From Alphaproteobacteria bacterium (GTDB taxonomy: Bacteria; Pseudomonadota; Alphaproteobacteria; MPNO01; UBA830): a stretch of 64,000 nt of DNA. Below the pieces are notes generated by a model, which was not told where the DNA came from, did not search any database, and saw only the letters and a program-made list of their open reading frames with translations. Location of the stretch: contig OZ251539.1 of the NCBI GenBank assembly GCA_965243135.1, forward strand, positions 2,048,001-2,112,000, in the 5' to 3' direction. The translations under genes and the position numbers were made by a program. How positions within the stretch are numbered: the stretch's first letter is position 1; each line of letters opens with the position of its first letter. This document shows, one piece after another, positions 42,929-53,765 of the stretch.

Positions 42929-43432
42929 TCAGTGGTGGTCTCCCTTCATCGCCCCCGCTGCCTGGACGACGACTCTTGCGGTGCGTTTCCCGGCCTTTTC
43001 GAAAACGAGATCGAGATCGAACCGTTCTCCTTTTTCCAGTGGCTTCCGGAGCCCCATCAACATCAAGTGATACCCGCCCGGACGAAATTCCACCGTCCGG
43101 CCGGCGGGCACGTCCACGCCGTCGACCTTCCGCATGCGAAAGACGCCGTTATCCTCGACATGCGTATGGATCTCTGTGCGTCTCGCGATCTCGCACGCCG
43201 CCGCGATCAGGCGGTCGCTGCGGTTTCCTTCGCCGACCAGCGAAAAATAGACGGCGCTCGTCTTGCCGCGGGAGGCGCGGGCCCAGGGAACGCGGATCGA
43301 AGGGCCGGCCGTCTCGTCGCGCATGTGTTGCGCCTGCTTGCCCGCGCCGTGTTCGTGCGCCGACGCAGGCGCTTCGGCGAAGGCGGCTGCGCCTAGAAGG
43401 ACGCACGTCGCCAGCATGCGAATACTCGTCAT
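42929..43432 (-). CDS. Copper chaperone PCu(A)C
   Basis: Signal peptide, PWARAS, EIHTH...MRKV, PGGYHLMLMGL. Confidence 0.9.
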   Translation of the reverse strand: MTSIRMLATCVLLGAAAFAEAPASAHEHGAGKQAQHMRDETAGPSIRVPWARASRGKTSAVYFSLVGEGNRSDRLIAAACEIARRTEIHTHVEDNGVFRMRKVDGVDVPAGRTVEFRPGGYHLMLMGLRKPLEKGERFDLDLVFEKAGKRTARVVVQAAGAMKGDHH

Positions 43433-43570
43433 GTCCGACTTCTCCGTGTCTTGCGGCCCTGCGCAGGGCGGACGCGGCGGCCGAATGCGCCGCCGGCCCG
43501 CAACGCGCCGCGCCCGAACGGCGAAACGAATCACCCGCGTTGTCGCCTGCGCGGAACCCGAACGCCGGCG

Positions 43571-44764
43571 TCAGCGGGAAGCCGCGCTCGCCTTTCCTCC
43601 CTGCCGCAACAATTTCATTCCGGTCTCCAGCCCCTCGGTCGTCAGCGGGAACATTCGTCCGTCGAGTATCCTGTAGGTGATTCGTATGCTCGGGGTCGGC
43701 ATCCAGCGTTCGGGCGGCGTGGGATTGAACCAGACCGCATTGGGATAGGCGGCGAGGAACCGACGCAGCCAGACCTCGCCCGGCTCCTCGTTCCAATGCT
43801 CGATCGAACCGCCCACTTCGGAGATTTCGTATGGACTCATCGTGGCGTCGCCGACGAAGATGACCTTCCAGTCGGGACCGTAGGTATTCATCAGTTCCCA
43901 GGTCGGAATCCATTCGTTGTAGCCGCGCCTGTCATGCCGCCACACGCGTTCGTAAAGGAAATTGTGGAAATAGTAATACTCGAGATGCTTGAACTCGGAG
44001 CGCGCCGCGGAAAAAAGCTCCTCCGAAATCCTGACGAAGCTGTCCATCGAACCGCCGATATCGAACAGCGTGAGAACCTTGACCTTGTTCTTCCGCTCGG
44101 GCCGCATCTTTATGTCCAGCATGCCCGCGTGATCCGCGGTGGAACGGATCGTGCCGTCCAGGTCGAATTCCTCCTCGGCGCCCTCGCGAACGAACTTGCG
44201 CAACTTGCGCAAGGCGATCTTGATATTGCGGGTGCCGAGTTCCACGTCGCCCTTGAGGCTCCGGAACTCTCGCTTCTGCCACACCTTGGTCGCGCTCTTG
44301 CCGCCGCCCTCGCCGCCGATGCGCACGCCGGCGGGGTTGCGTCCGGAGTTTCCGAATGGCGAGGTGCCGCCGGTCCCGATCCACCTGTTGCCGCCGTGAT
44401 GGGCGCGATTCTGTTCCTGCAGCCGCTTGGCGAGTTCGTCCATCAGTTCGCGAAAGTTCATGGCCTCGATTTCGTTCTTGTCGAACAGTTCGCGCGCGAG
44501 GCCGCGCAGCCAGTCCTCGGGAATTTCCTCCTCCAGAAGTCCCGATGTCTTGTTCATCGCGCCCTTGAAGAAATTCTCGAACACGAGATCGAAGGTGTCG
44601 AACCAGCGCTCGTCCTTCACCAGGGCGGCGCGGGCCAGGAAATAGAACTCGTCGACCCCGGCGCGAGCCACTCCTTTGTCCAGCGCCTCGAGAAAGGTCA
44701 GATACTCCCGGATCGTAACCGGGATCCGGGCTGAGCGCAGTTGATAGAAGAAATCGACGAACAT
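43571..44764 (-). CDS. VWA-domain protein (CoxE-like), partner of MoxR
   Basis: HHGGNRWIGTGGTSPFG, FDIGGSM MIDAS-like motif, VGDATMSPYEI. Confidence 0.88.
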   Translation of the reverse strand: MFVDFFYQLRSARIPVTIREYLTFLEALDKGVARAGVDEFYFLARAALVKDERWFDTFDLVFENFFKGAMNKTSGLLEEEIPEDWLRGLARELFDKNEIEAMNFRELMDELAKRLQEQNRAHHGGNRWIGTGGTSPFGNSGRNPAGVRIGGEGGGKSATKVWQKREFRSLKGDVELGTRNIKIALRKLRKFVREGAEEEFDLDGTIRSTADHAGMLDIKMRPERKNKVKVLTLFDIGGSMDSFVRISEELFSAARSEFKHLEYYYFHNFLYERVWRHDRRGYNEWIPTWELMNTYGPDWKVIFVGDATMSPYEISEVGGSIEHWNEEPGEVWLRRFLAAYPNAVWFNPTPPERWMPTPSIRITYRILDGRMFPLTTEGLETGMKLLRQGGKASAASR

Positions 44765-44783
44765 GGAACGTCCTGCGGCGCGC

Positions 44784-45626
44784 CTACGCCCCCTGCCGTC
44801 GCGACATGAACGCGAGGCGCTCGAACAGATGCACGTCCTGCTCGTTCTTGAGCAGCGCGCCGTAGAGCTGAGGGATGGCTTTCGTGGAATCGGCGCGCAG
44901 CGCATCCGGATCGATGTCTTCGGCAAGCAGCAGCTTGATCCAGTCGAGAAGTTCCGATGTCGACGGTTTCTTTTTCAGTCCGTTGACGCCGCGAACGGAG
45001 AAAAACACTTCCAGCGATTCCTTGAGCAGGCGCTTCTTCATGCCGGGAAAATGGACCTCGACGATCTTTTCCATGGTCTCGCGTTCGGGAAAGCGGATGT
45101 AATGAAAGAAGCAACGGCGCAAAAACGCGTCCGGCAGTTCCTTTTCGTTGTTCGACGTGATGATCACGACCGGCCTGCATATCGCCCGAACCGTCTCCTG
45201 AGTTTCGTAGACGTAAAACTCCATGCGATCGAGTTCCCGCAGCAGATCGTTCGGGAACTCGATGTCGGCCTTGTCCACCTCGTCGATGAGCAGCACGGCC
45301 TGCTTCTCCGAGGTGAACGCCTCCCAAAGCATGCCCCTCTTGATGTAATTGCGGATGTCGTGGACGCGATCGTCGCCCAACTGGGAATCGCGCAGCCGCG
45401 ACACGGCATCGTACTCGTAGAGGCCGTGATTCGCCTTGGTGGTCGACTTCACGTGCCACTCGAAGAACGGCATGTCCAGCGCCGCCGCGACCTCCATCGC
45501 GAGCAGGGTTTTTCCCGTTCCGGGTTCGCCCTTGACGAGAAGCGGGCGTTCGAGGGTGATCGCGGCGTTCACCGCGGTCATTAGGTCGTCTGTCGCGACA
45601 TAGGTGTCGGTGCCGGTGAACTTCAT
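44784..45626 (-). CDS. MoxR-family AAA+ ATPase
   Basis: LLVKGEPGTGKT, LLIDEVDKAD, ELPDAFLRRC. Confidence 0.92.
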   Translation of the reverse strand: MKFTGTDTYVATDDLMTAVNAAITLERPLLVKGEPGTGKTLLAMEVAAALDMPFFEWHVKSTTKANHGLYEYDAVSRLRDSQLGDDRVHDIRNYIKRGMLWEAFTSEKQAVLLIDEVDKADIEFPNDLLRELDRMEFYVYETQETVRAICRPVVIITSNNEKELPDAFLRRCFFHYIRFPERETMEKIVEVHFPGMKKRLLKESLEVFFSVRGVNGLKKKPSTSELLDWIKLLLAEDIDPDALRADSTKAIPQLYGALLKNEQDVHLFERLAFMSRRQGA

Positions 45627-45702
45627 GCTGCGCACTTCTTGACTGGGGGAGGTTTCTGCAACCTAATGCACCCCCTGCCCTCGATCAAGCGAAACTGCTG
45701 CC

Positions 45703-46158
45703 ATGATATCCGTCGCCCTCGCTCTCCACCTGCTCGCCGCCACCGTCTGGGTGGGCGGCATGTTCTTCGCGATCTTGGTGCTGCGCCCGGCGGCCGGCGA
45801 GATGGAGCCTGCGGTGCGCGCGCCGCTCTGGGGGCGGGTGTTCGCGAAGTTCTTTCCATGGGTCTGGACGGCGGTGGCGATCCTGCTCGCGACCGGATAC
45901 TGGATGATCTTCAGCGTCTGGGGAGGTTTCGGCGCCCTGCCCCTCCACGGGCATCTGATGCACGGCATCGGATGGATCATGGTCGCCATCTACCTTCTTT
46001 TGTGGTTCGCGCCCTACAAGCGGTTCCGGACGGCACTGAGCGAAGGCGACATTCCGGGCGCTGGCCGGCAGCTCAACCGGATACGCCAACTGGTGACGAC
46101 GAATCTCGCGATAGGCCTGATCAACGCGGCGATCGGCGCGACCGGCCGGTACTGGTGA
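45703..46158 (+). CDS. CopD-like membrane protein
   Basis: LHLLAATVWVGGMFF motif; four hydrophobic helices. Confidence 0.75.
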   Translation: MISVALALHLLAATVWVGGMFFAILVLRPAAGEMEPAVRAPLWGRVFAKFFPWVWTAVAILLATGYWMIFSVWGGFGALPLHGHLMHGIGWIMVAIYLLLWFAPYKRFRTALSEGDIPGAGRQLNRIRQLVTTNLAIGLINAAIGATGRYW

Positions 46159-46305
46159 AGAGGCTGGCGCGGAACGGCGCGTTGGGGCGGACGCGCCGAC
46201 AAACCCAGTTTCGGCCTCGGAAACGTCCGCCGCAGCCCTGTCGGCAGGGTTGCCCCGTTCGCCGGCGCGCTTCATAAAGAAGCGGTCTGCAACGGAGAAA
46301 GCCGC

Positions 46306-47289
46306 ATGAAAACACGCAAGCTCGGCAACAGCGACCTCGAGGTTTCGGAAATCGGCCTCGGCTGCATGACCATGACCGGAATCTACGGCCCCGCGGACGA
46401 TGGGGAATCGGTCGCGACGATACGTTCGGCGCTCGACGCTGGCGTCAACTTCGTCGATACGGCGGACGCCTACGGCAACGGCTCCAACGAGGAGCTCGTC
46501 GGCCGCGCGATCGCCGGGCGGCGCGACGAGACGGTGCTCGCGACCAAGTTCGGCAACATTTACGCGCGCGACCCGGACCGCGGCGCGGACGGCAGGCCGG
46601 AATACGTGCGGGAAGCTTGCGATGCCAGCCTTCGGCGCCTCGGCGTCGAGGTCATCGACCTCTACTTTCAGCACCGCGTCGACCGCGAGGTGCCGATCGA
46701 AGAAACGGTGGGCGCGATGGCCGATCTCGTGAAGGAAGGAAAGGTGCGCTGTCTCGGGTTGTCGGAGTGCTCGTCCGAAACCCTGCGCCGGGCGCACCGG
46801 GTCCACCCGATTTCGGCGCTCCAGAGCGAGTTGTCGCTTTGGACCCGGTTCGCGTTGACCGACCAGATCGTCGTCTGCCGCGAACTCGGCGTCACTTACG
46901 TGGCCTATTCCCCGCTCGGTCGCGGAATGCTGACCGGAGCCATCGGGAGCGAGGCCGACATGCCGGCGAAGGATCGGCGCCGCGATCACCCGCGCTTCCA
47001 GGGCGACAACCTGAAGCACAACGTGGCGATCGCCGCGCCGATCAAGGCGCTCGCCGCCGCGAAGGGCTGCACGCCCGCGCAGATCGCGCTCGCCTGGGTT
47101 CTCGCCCAGGGCCCGGATATCCTGCCCATTCCCGGATGCAAGCGAGTCCGGCACCTGGAACTCAACGTCGCGGCCGCGGAAATGGAACTCGCCGACGACG
47201 AACTTGAGGAACTGAACGACTCGATACCGCCGGACTTCGTCACGGGCAACCGCTATCCGGACGCGCAGATGTGGACGGTCGATCTCTGA
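46306..47289 (+). CDS. Aldo/keto reductase
   Basis: IGLGCM, DTADAYG, LATKFG, YFQHRVD, YSPLGRG, PIPG. Confidence 0.93.
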   Translation: MKTRKLGNSDLEVSEIGLGCMTMTGIYGPADDGESVATIRSALDAGVNFVDTADAYGNGSNEELVGRAIAGRRDETVLATKFGNIYARDPDRGADGRPEYVREACDASLRRLGVEVIDLYFQHRVDREVPIEETVGAMADLVKEGKVRCLGLSECSSETLRRAHRVHPISALQSELSLWTRFALTDQIVVCRELGVTYVAYSPLGRGMLTGAIGSEADMPAKDRRRDHPRFQGDNLKHNVAIAAPIKALAAAKGCTPAQIALAWVLAQGPDILPIPGCKRVRHLELNVAAAEMELADDELEELNDSIPPDFVTGNRYPDAQMWTVDL

Positions 47290-47300
47290 AGAGCTCCCGC

Positions 47301-47885
47301 ATGCCCGACGGCGTCGAAATCGTCGAGCGGAAGTCCGTCCGCGACGGCTACGCGCAGGTCTGCGAGTACCGGCTGCGGCACCGGCTGTACGACGGAGGCT
47401 GGTCGGGCGAAATCAAGCGGGAACTGGTGGAGCGCGGAAACGCCGTCGCCGTGCTTCCCTACGACCCGCGGCGCGACCGGGTCGTGCTGGTCGAGCAGTT
47501 CCGCATCGGGGCTTACGCGGCGGGACTGCCGCCGTGGCAGCGGGAGATCCCGGCGGGCATGGTCGAAGGCGGCGAACCGGAAGACGGCGTCGCCCGGCGG
47601 GAAACGCGCGAGGAATGCGGCTGCGAAGTCCGGAAACTGCATCGAATCTGTCGCGTCCTTTCGAGTTCCGGGATATTGTCCGAAATCGTCGCCATCTACT
47701 GCGGCATAGTGGACGCTTCGGAAGCGGGCGCGGCCTGCGGGCTCGCCGACGAAGACATACGCGTGACGACGCTCGCGGCGGAAGACGCGCTGCGGCCGGA
47801 CGCCTCTTTCCATTACGCTCCAGGCGTCATCGCGCTTCAGTGGCTGGCGGCGAACCGCGCGAGGCTGCGGAAGGAGGAGTACTGA
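47301..47885 (+). CDS. NUDIX hydrolase (ADP-ribose pyrophosphatase-like)
   Basis: LPYDP..VVLVEQFR and Nudix box GMVEGGEPEDGVARRETREECG. Confidence 0.85.
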   Translation: MPDGVEIVERKSVRDGYAQVCEYRLRHRLYDGGWSGEIKRELVERGNAVAVLPYDPRRDRVVLVEQFRIGAYAAGLPPWQREIPAGMVEGGEPEDGVARRETREECGCEVRKLHRICRVLSSSGILSEIVAIYCGIVDASEAGAACGLADEDIRVTTLAAEDALRPDASFHYAPGVIALQWLAANRARLRKEEY

Positions 47886-47886
47886 C

Positions 47887-48723
47887 ATGGCCGCTCTCGT
47901 AGGAACCGACTGGCTGGGCCCGCGGCTCGGCCAACCCGGAATCAGGATCGTCGACGCCACCTGGTACCTGCCCGCCGCCGGGCGCATGAGCATCGAGGAC
48001 TACCGGGAAGGCCACGTTCCCGGCGCTGCGTTCTGGGACATCGATGCCGTCGCCGACCCGGATTCGCCGCTCCCCCATATGCTTCCGGACGAACCGGGGT
48101 TCTCCGCTCACATGGAACGCATGGGGATTTCGAACGACGACCATGTGGTGGTCTACGACAATGTCGGCATGATGACCTCGCCGCGCGCATGGTGGTCCCT
48201 GCGGGCCTTCGGTCACGAACGGGTCTCCGTGCTGGACGGCGGCATGTCCAAATGGCGCGCCGAGGGCAGGCCGATCGAAGCCGGCGCGCCGTCTGCAGCG
48301 CCGGGATCCTACGCGGCGCGGCTCGATCCTTCTCTGGTCCGGTCGATCGGCGACATATTCGACAATGTCGAAACCGGAACGGCGCAAATCCTCGACGCGC
48401 GCTCCGCCGGACGCTTTGCCGGCGCGGAGCCCGAACCCCGCCCTAACTGCCGGCCCGGACATATTCCGGGCAGCCTCAACCTGCCTTTCGGCGATCTGAT
48501 CGACCCCGAAACCGGCTCGTTCCGGCGCGGCGGAGATCTCGCGGCGCGCTTCGCCGCCTCGGGCCTCGACGCCGAAAGGCCGGTCATCGCCAGTTGCGGA
48601 TCGGGCGTAACCGCCTGCGTCCTCGCGCTCGGCCTCCACCTGCTCGACAGAGAGAACGTCGCGGTCTACGACGGATCGTGGTCGGAATGGGGAAGCCGCG
48701 ACGATACGCCGGTGGAAACCTGA
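47887..48723 (+). CDS. sseA: 3-mercaptopyruvate sulfurtransferase
   Basis: GHVPGA, LPHMLP, active-site CGSGVTA, YDGSWSEW. Confidence 0.9.
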   Translation: MAALVGTDWLGPRLGQPGIRIVDATWYLPAAGRMSIEDYREGHVPGAAFWDIDAVADPDSPLPHMLPDEPGFSAHMERMGISNDDHVVVYDNVGMMTSPRAWWSLRAFGHERVSVLDGGMSKWRAEGRPIEAGAPSAAPGSYAARLDPSLVRSIGDIFDNVETGTAQILDARSAGRFAGAEPEPRPNCRPGHIPGSLNLPFGDLIDPETGSFRRGGDLAARFAASGLDAERPVIASCGSGVTACVLALGLHLLDRENVAVYDGSWSEWGSRDDTPVET

Positions 48724-48774
48724 GCCCGGAGACGCTATGGTGCGGCGACTTCCCGTCTCCCGGTTTCGGAATCC

Positions 48775-49950
48775 ATGAAAGAAGACACCAAGATCGCCCA
48801 TAAGGGACGCGATCCCGAATCAAATCACGGAATCATCAATCCGCCAGTCTACCACGCCTCGACCATCGCCTGGGGATCGGTCGCGGAAATGAAGCGCCGG
48901 CGCGCCCATCGCTGGGAACCCGGCGTCTACACCTACGGCCGCCACGGAACGCCGACCCACGACGCGCTCGAGGAGGCCTTCGCGGCGGTGTCGGGCGGAT
49001 ACAGGTCGGTCGCCGTCTCTTCCGGGCTCGCCGCGATCAACGCCGCCATGCTCGCCTTTCTGAAACAGGGCGACCACGTGTTGATGGTCGACAGCGTCTA
49101 CGGTCCCGCCCGGAATTTCTGCGACAACGTCGTCGGACGTTTCGGCGTCGAGACGACCTATTACGACCCCGCAGTCGGCGCCGGAATCGGAAACCTGATC
49201 CGCGACAACACGAAAATCGTCTACGTCGAAGCGCCGGGATCGCTGACGTTCGAGATGCAGGACATTCCGGCGATCTCGGAGGAAGCGCACCGGGCCGGCT
49301 GCGTGGTGATCATGGACGACACCTGGTCGTCCGGCATCTATTTCAAGCCGTTCGAACACGGAGTGGACGTATCGGCGCTGGCGGCGACGAAATACGTCGT
49401 CGGGCATTCGGACGTCATGATGGGACTGATCACGACGACCGAGGAATGCTGGGACCGCGTTCGCCCCTCGGCGGCCGTGCTGGGCGCGAATTCCGGTCCG
49501 GACGACGTCTACCTGACGCTCAGGGGACTCCGCACCGTCAAGGTGCGGCTGGCGCGTCACCAGGAAACGGGATTCGCTCTCGCCAGATGGCTCCAGGCGC
49601 GTCCCGAAGTGGACCGCGTCCTGCATCCCGGACTGCCCGAGTTTCCCGGTCACGATCTGTGGAAACGCGATTTCACCGGCGCGAGCGGATTGTTCTCGTT
49701 CGTTCTCGGGGACGGGCATTCCGAGGAACGGATCGCGGCGATGCTCGACGGCATGCGGTTCTTCGCGATGGGGGCGAGTTGGGGCGGCTTCGAGAGCCTG
49801 ATCATACCCGCGGATCCGAGTTCCAACAGGACCGCCACGGAATGGAAGGGTCCGGGCCAGCTGATCCGAGTCCACGCCGGCCTCGAGGATCCCGAGGACC
49901 TGATCGCCGATCTCGAAGCCGGCTTCCGCCGACTGAACGGCGATGCCTGA
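48775..49950 (+). CDS. metC: Cystathionine beta-lyase
   Basis: [30 protein letters not shown] motif, SWGGFESL. Confidence 0.9.
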   Translation: MKEDTKIAHKGRDPESNHGIINPPVYHASTIAWGSVAEMKRRRAHRWEPGVYTYGRHGTPTHDALEEAFAAVSGGYRSVAVSSGLAAINAAMLAFLKQGDHVLMVDSVYGPARNFCDNVVGRFGVETTYYDPAVGAGIGNLIRDNTKIVYVEAPGSLTFEMQDIPAISEEAHRAGCVVIMDDTWSSGIYFKPFEHGVDVSALAATKYVVGHSDVMMGLITTTEECWDRVRPSAAVLGANSGPDDVYLTLRGLRTVKVRLARHQETGFALARWLQARPEVDRVLHPGLPEFPGHDLWKRDFTGASGLFSFVLGDGHSEERIAAMLDGMRFFAMGASWGGFESLIIPADPSSNRTATEWKGPGQLIRVHAGLEDPEDLIADLEAGFRRLNGDA

Positions 49951-50992
49951 GCCGCCCGCCGAGTCGCCGATCCAGGTCTCCCTCCTGACGGGTTTTCTGG
50001 GCAGCGGAAAGACCACGCTGCTCAACCGCCTTCTGAAGCGCCCGGACATGGCCGAAACCGCCGTCCTCGTCAACGAATTCGGCGAAATCGGACTCGACCA
50101 TCAACTCATCGAGCGCATCGACGAAAACACCGTTCTTCTGAACGCCGGCTGCCTGTGCTGCACGGTGCAGGGCGACCTGGTCGAGGCGCTGTCCAACCTG
50201 TTCGTCAGGCGGATCAAGAAGGAAATTCCGGATTTTCGCCGGGTGCTGATCGAAACCACGGGTCTCGCGGATCCCGCGCCCGTCATCCACACGTTGATGA
50301 CCGCGCCGCTGATCTCAAGCCGCTACGCGCTCGACGGCATCATCGTCACGGTCGACGCGGTCAACGCGGACTTGCAACTCGACCGATACGCCGAATCCGT
50401 CAAGCAGGCCGCGGTCGCCGACCGCATCGTGATCACCAAGGCGGATCTCGAACCCGTTTCGGCAGCTCTCGACGCCCGGCTCGCGGGGATCAATCCGGGA
50501 GCGCCGCGCTACCGCGCCGTCATGGGGGACATCGATCCCGCGCTGCTTTTCGACGCCGGTCTCTACGATCCGGCGACCAAGACCATCGACGTGCAGCGCT
50601 GGCTGCGCGACGAGGCTTACGCGGAGAAAGCGCACCGTCACCATCATCACGACGTCAACCGTCACGACGACTCGATCTCCGCATTCTGCATGAACCGCGA
50701 CGAACCCGTCGACTGGGAAGCGTTCGTCGCCTGGATCCGCATACTGATCGGGCAGCACGGCGAGAAGCTGCTGAGAATCAAGGGCATTCTCAACATCGCC
50801 GGGCGCGACCGGCCGATCGCGATCCACGGCGTGCAGCACATGTTCCACGACCCGGCCGAATTGCCCGAGTGGCCCGACGGGGACCGGCGGTCCCGAATGG
50901 TCTTCATCACGAGAGACCTCGATCGCAGCGTAATCGAGGAAAAGCTCGACCAGTTGCAGGAGCAGGCGCGAACGCTGTCGGAAAAGGGATGA
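49943..50992 (+). CDS. CobW/COG0523 metallochaperone GTPase
   Basis: [23 protein letters not shown], His-rich linker, LRIKG. Confidence 0.92.
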   Translation: MPEPPAESPIQVSLLTGFLGSGKTTLLNRLLKRPDMAETAVLVNEFGEIGLDHQLIERIDENTVLLNAGCLCCTVQGDLVEALSNLFVRRIKKEIPDFRRVLIETTGLADPAPVIHTLMTAPLISSRYALDGIIVTVDAVNADLQLDRYAESVKQAAVADRIVITKADLEPVSAALDARLAGINPGAPRYRAVMGDIDPALLFDAGLYDPATKTIDVQRWLRDEAYAEKAHRHHHHDVNRHDDSISAFCMNRDEPVDWEAFVAWIRILIGQHGEKLLRIKGILNIAGRDRPIAIHGVQHMFHDPAELPEWPDGDRRSRMVFITRDLDRSVIEEKLDQLQEQARTLSEKG

Positions 50993-51234
50993 CTTCGCCG
51001 GCCCGCGGACCGATTCCTCCGGGAGAGGGCAGTCGTTCTGTCGGAGTCGAAGACGGCGAGGCGAGCCGCTCGTTCGGACGGTCCGGCGGGTCGACGACGT
51101 TCCTTCGAACCGTCCGGCGATCTCGCTGCCCGAATCGAACGGTCTCGGGCGGGCGGCGAAAGGCGGCTCGGCGATTCCGGACGAACCGCTCCGCCGGCAT
51201 CGACAGCCGCCGCTCCCGGTGATATGCAGCGTCC

Positions 51235-51984
51235 ATGGCCCTGAAGATCGTCACGGGCGTCCTCGCGGTGGCTGCGGCGATGCAGGCGGCGCATGCGAAA
51301 CCGGTGATCGTGTTCGCCGCCGCCAGCACCCGGCAGGTGGTCGAGGAAATCGCCGCCGCATGGACGGCTTCTCGCGGCGAGCGCCTCGGCATGGTTTTCG
51401 CGTCAAGCGGCGCCCTCGCCCGCCAGATCGAGCGGGGAGCGCCCGCGAACGTCTTCATCTCGGCCAACGGGGCATGGATCGACTATCTCGTCTCGAAAAA
51501 CGAGGTGAATCCGTCGTTCCGGCGCGCCCTGTTCGGAAATCGGCTGGCCCTCGTCGCCCCCCGGGATGCGAGGGCAGGCAAGCCTGACGGCGACGCCATA
51601 CTGGCCCGGCTTGGATCCCGGGGCCGTCTGGCCATCGCCGATCCCCGCCATGCGCCCGCCGGCATCTACGCAAGGCAGGCGCTCGCGTCGATCGGCATCT
51701 GGAAATCCGTCGCGCCCCGAACGGCCCGGACACGGGACGTTCGCAGCGCGCTCGCCCTCGTCGAGCGCGGCGAAGCCCTTCTCGGCATCGTTTATCGAAC
51801 GGACGCAAGCGCAAGCGGCGCGGCGAGGATCCTGACCGTTTTCGACGCCGGCCTGCACGACCCCATCGTCTACCACGCCGCCCCCATCACCCGCGAAAAC
51901 CGATCCGTCCCGCGCCTGTTGGACTTCCTCTCCTCCCCGTCGGCGAAGGAAATCTATCTGCGCCACGGGTTCGTCGTCGACTGA
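51235..51984 (+). CDS. modA: Molybdate ABC transporter substrate-binding protein
   Basis: VFAAAS, ASSGALARQIERGAPA, PAGIYA. Confidence 0.92.
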   Translation: MALKIVTGVLAVAAAMQAAHAKPVIVFAAASTRQVVEEIAAAWTASRGERLGMVFASSGALARQIERGAPANVFISANGAWIDYLVSKNEVNPSFRRALFGNRLALVAPRDARAGKPDGDAILARLGSRGRLAIADPRHAPAGIYARQALASIGIWKSVAPRTARTRDVRSALALVERGEALLGIVYRTDASASGAARILTVFDAGLHDPIVYHAAPITRENRSVPRLLDFLSSPSAKEIYLRHGFVVD

Positions 51985-51987
51985 GCG

Positions 51988-52677
51988 ATGCTGTCTCCGG
52001 CCGAGATCGAAGCGGTGATCCTCAGCCTCCGCGTCTCCGCATGGGCGGTGGGCGTCAGCCTGCCCTTCGGGATCGCCGTCGCCTGGCTGCTCGCCCGTTG
52101 CGAGTTTCCGGGCAAGACGTTGCTCGACGCGCTCATCCATCTGCCGCTCGTCCTGCCTCCGGTCGTCGTCGGATACTTCCTTCTCGTTTTGCTGGGCCGC
52201 AGGGGCGCGGTCGGCGCCTGGCTGCACGACGCGTTCGGCCTGACGTTCGCGTTCTCGTGGCGCGGCGCCGCCGTCGCCGCCGCGGTGATGTCGTTTCCCC
52301 TGATGGTTCGGGCGATCCGGCTGTCCATCGAAGCGGTGGACCGGCGGCTCGAACAGGCCGCGCGCACGCTGGGCGCCAACGCGTTCGACGCGTTTTTCAA
52401 CGTCACCCTCCCGCTCTCCGGAAGCGGCGTCGTCGCCGGAGTGATTCTCGCCTTCGCGCGGTCGCTCGGCGAATTCGGCGCGACCATCACCTTCGTCGCG
52501 GCGATTCCCGGAGAAACGACGACGCTTCCGATATCGCTCTACGGCCTCGCGCAGGTTCCCGGCGAAGAAGCGTCGGCGATGCGGCTGGTCGCCCTTTCGA
52601 TCGCTGTCGCGCTCGCCGCCATGCTGGCCGCCGAAATCGCCGCCCGGCGCGTCCGCCGCCGAATAATCGGCCCGTGA
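51988..52677 (+). CDS. modB: Molybdate ABC transporter permease
   Basis: HLPLVLPPVVVG, FARSLGEFGAT. Confidence 0.95.
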   Translation: MLSPAEIEAVILSLRVSAWAVGVSLPFGIAVAWLLARCEFPGKTLLDALIHLPLVLPPVVVGYFLLVLLGRRGAVGAWLHDAFGLTFAFSWRGAAVAAAVMSFPLMVRAIRLSIEAVDRRLEQAARTLGANAFDAFFNVTLPLSGSGVVAGVILAFARSLGEFGATITFVAAIPGETTTLPISLYGLAQVPGEEASAMRLVALSIAVALAAMLAAEIAARRVRRRIIGP

Positions 52678-53759
52678 CCGTCGAGGTCGACGTCAGGAAG
52701 ACGCTCGGCGACTTCGCGGTCGACGCGCGGTTCCGGGCCGGCTCCGGCGTAACGGCGCTGTTCGGAAAATCGGGCGCCGGAAAGACCAGCGTCGTGCAGA
52801 TGGTCGCAGGCCTGCTCGCGCCCGACGCCGGCAGGATTTCGGTCGCCGACGAGGTTCTTTTCGACGCCGCGCGGGGGATCGACGTCGCTCCCGAACGCCG
52901 CCGCGTCGGATGCGTGTTCCAGGACGCGAGGCTGTTTCCGCACATGACGGTGCGCCGCAACCTCGAGTTCGGCGCCCGGCGGTCGAAGCGCCTCGGCATC
53001 TTCGGAATCGACGCGGTCGCGGACGTCCTCGGCATCGAACGCCTTCTCGAAAGGCGCACGCACGGCCTCTCCGGCGGCGAACGCCAGCGGGTCGCGATCG
53101 GACGGGCGCTGCTCTCCGCGCCGCGCCTTCTCCTGATGGACGAGCCCCTCGCCTCGCTGGACGCCGAAAGAAAGCACGAGATCATTCCTTTCATCGACCG
53201 CGTTCGCCGCCGCTTCGCCGTGCCGATCGTCTACGTCAGCCACGCCGTGGAGGAAATCCTGCGACTCGCGGACGAAATGGTGCTTCTGGAAGGCGGCTCC
53301 GTGGCGGCCTCCGGCCCGGTCGAGGACGTGTTGAACCGCCCTCGCCTGGCCCGCATCGTCGGCGACGGCGACGCAGGCACGGTGATCCCCGTCGCGGTGT
53401 CCGATCCCGACGACGGCTACGGCATAGCGACGCTCTCCTTCGCGGGCGGCGCTTTCCGGATCGTTTCGTCCGACCTAGGCGGCGGCGAACGCCTGCGGAT
53501 TCGCGTGCGCGCCCGCGACGTGAGTCTCGCGCTCGTCCGTCCGCGAAGCGTGAGCGTCCTGAACGTCTTCGAGGGCCGCGTCGCCGAAATCGCGGGCGCG
53601 GACCGTCCGCAGGTGGACGTGTCGGTGCGGGTGGGCGGCATTCTTCTGTGGTCGCGGCTGACCAGGCGGTCGCTTCACGACCTGTCGCTCGCCCCGGGAA
53701 CGAAGGTCTACGCCATGGTCAAGGCGGTGGCGATCGACCGCCCGGCTTCGAGCGCCTGA
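52674..53759 (+). CDS. modC: Molybdate ABC transporter ATP-binding protein
   Basis: GTG start overlapping modB; GKSGAGKT, LSGGERQR, C-terminal TOBE (SVLNVFEG, VKAVAI). Confidence 0.93.
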   Translation: MTVEVDVRKTLGDFAVDARFRAGSGVTALFGKSGAGKTSVVQMVAGLLAPDAGRISVADEVLFDAARGIDVAPERRRVGCVFQDARLFPHMTVRRNLEFGARRSKRLGIFGIDAVADVLGIERLLERRTHGLSGGERQRVAIGRALLSAPRLLLMDEPLASLDAERKHEIIPFIDRVRRRFAVPIVYVSHAVEEILRLADEMVLLEGGSVAASGPVEDVLNRPRLARIVGDGDAGTVIPVAVSDPDDGYGIATLSFAGGAFRIVSSDLGGGERLRIRVRARDVSLALVRPRSVSVLNVFEGRVAEIAGADRPQVDVSVRVGGILLWSRLTRRSLHDLSLAPGTKVYAMVKAVAIDRPASSA

Positions 53760-53765
53760 GCGGCG

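Noticed and set aside
50993-51234. ModE box or Moco riboswitch upstream of modA
   Set aside because: No TATAT-N7-TAYAT-like site or recognisable riboswitch fold is visible by eye; an Rfam scan would be needed.
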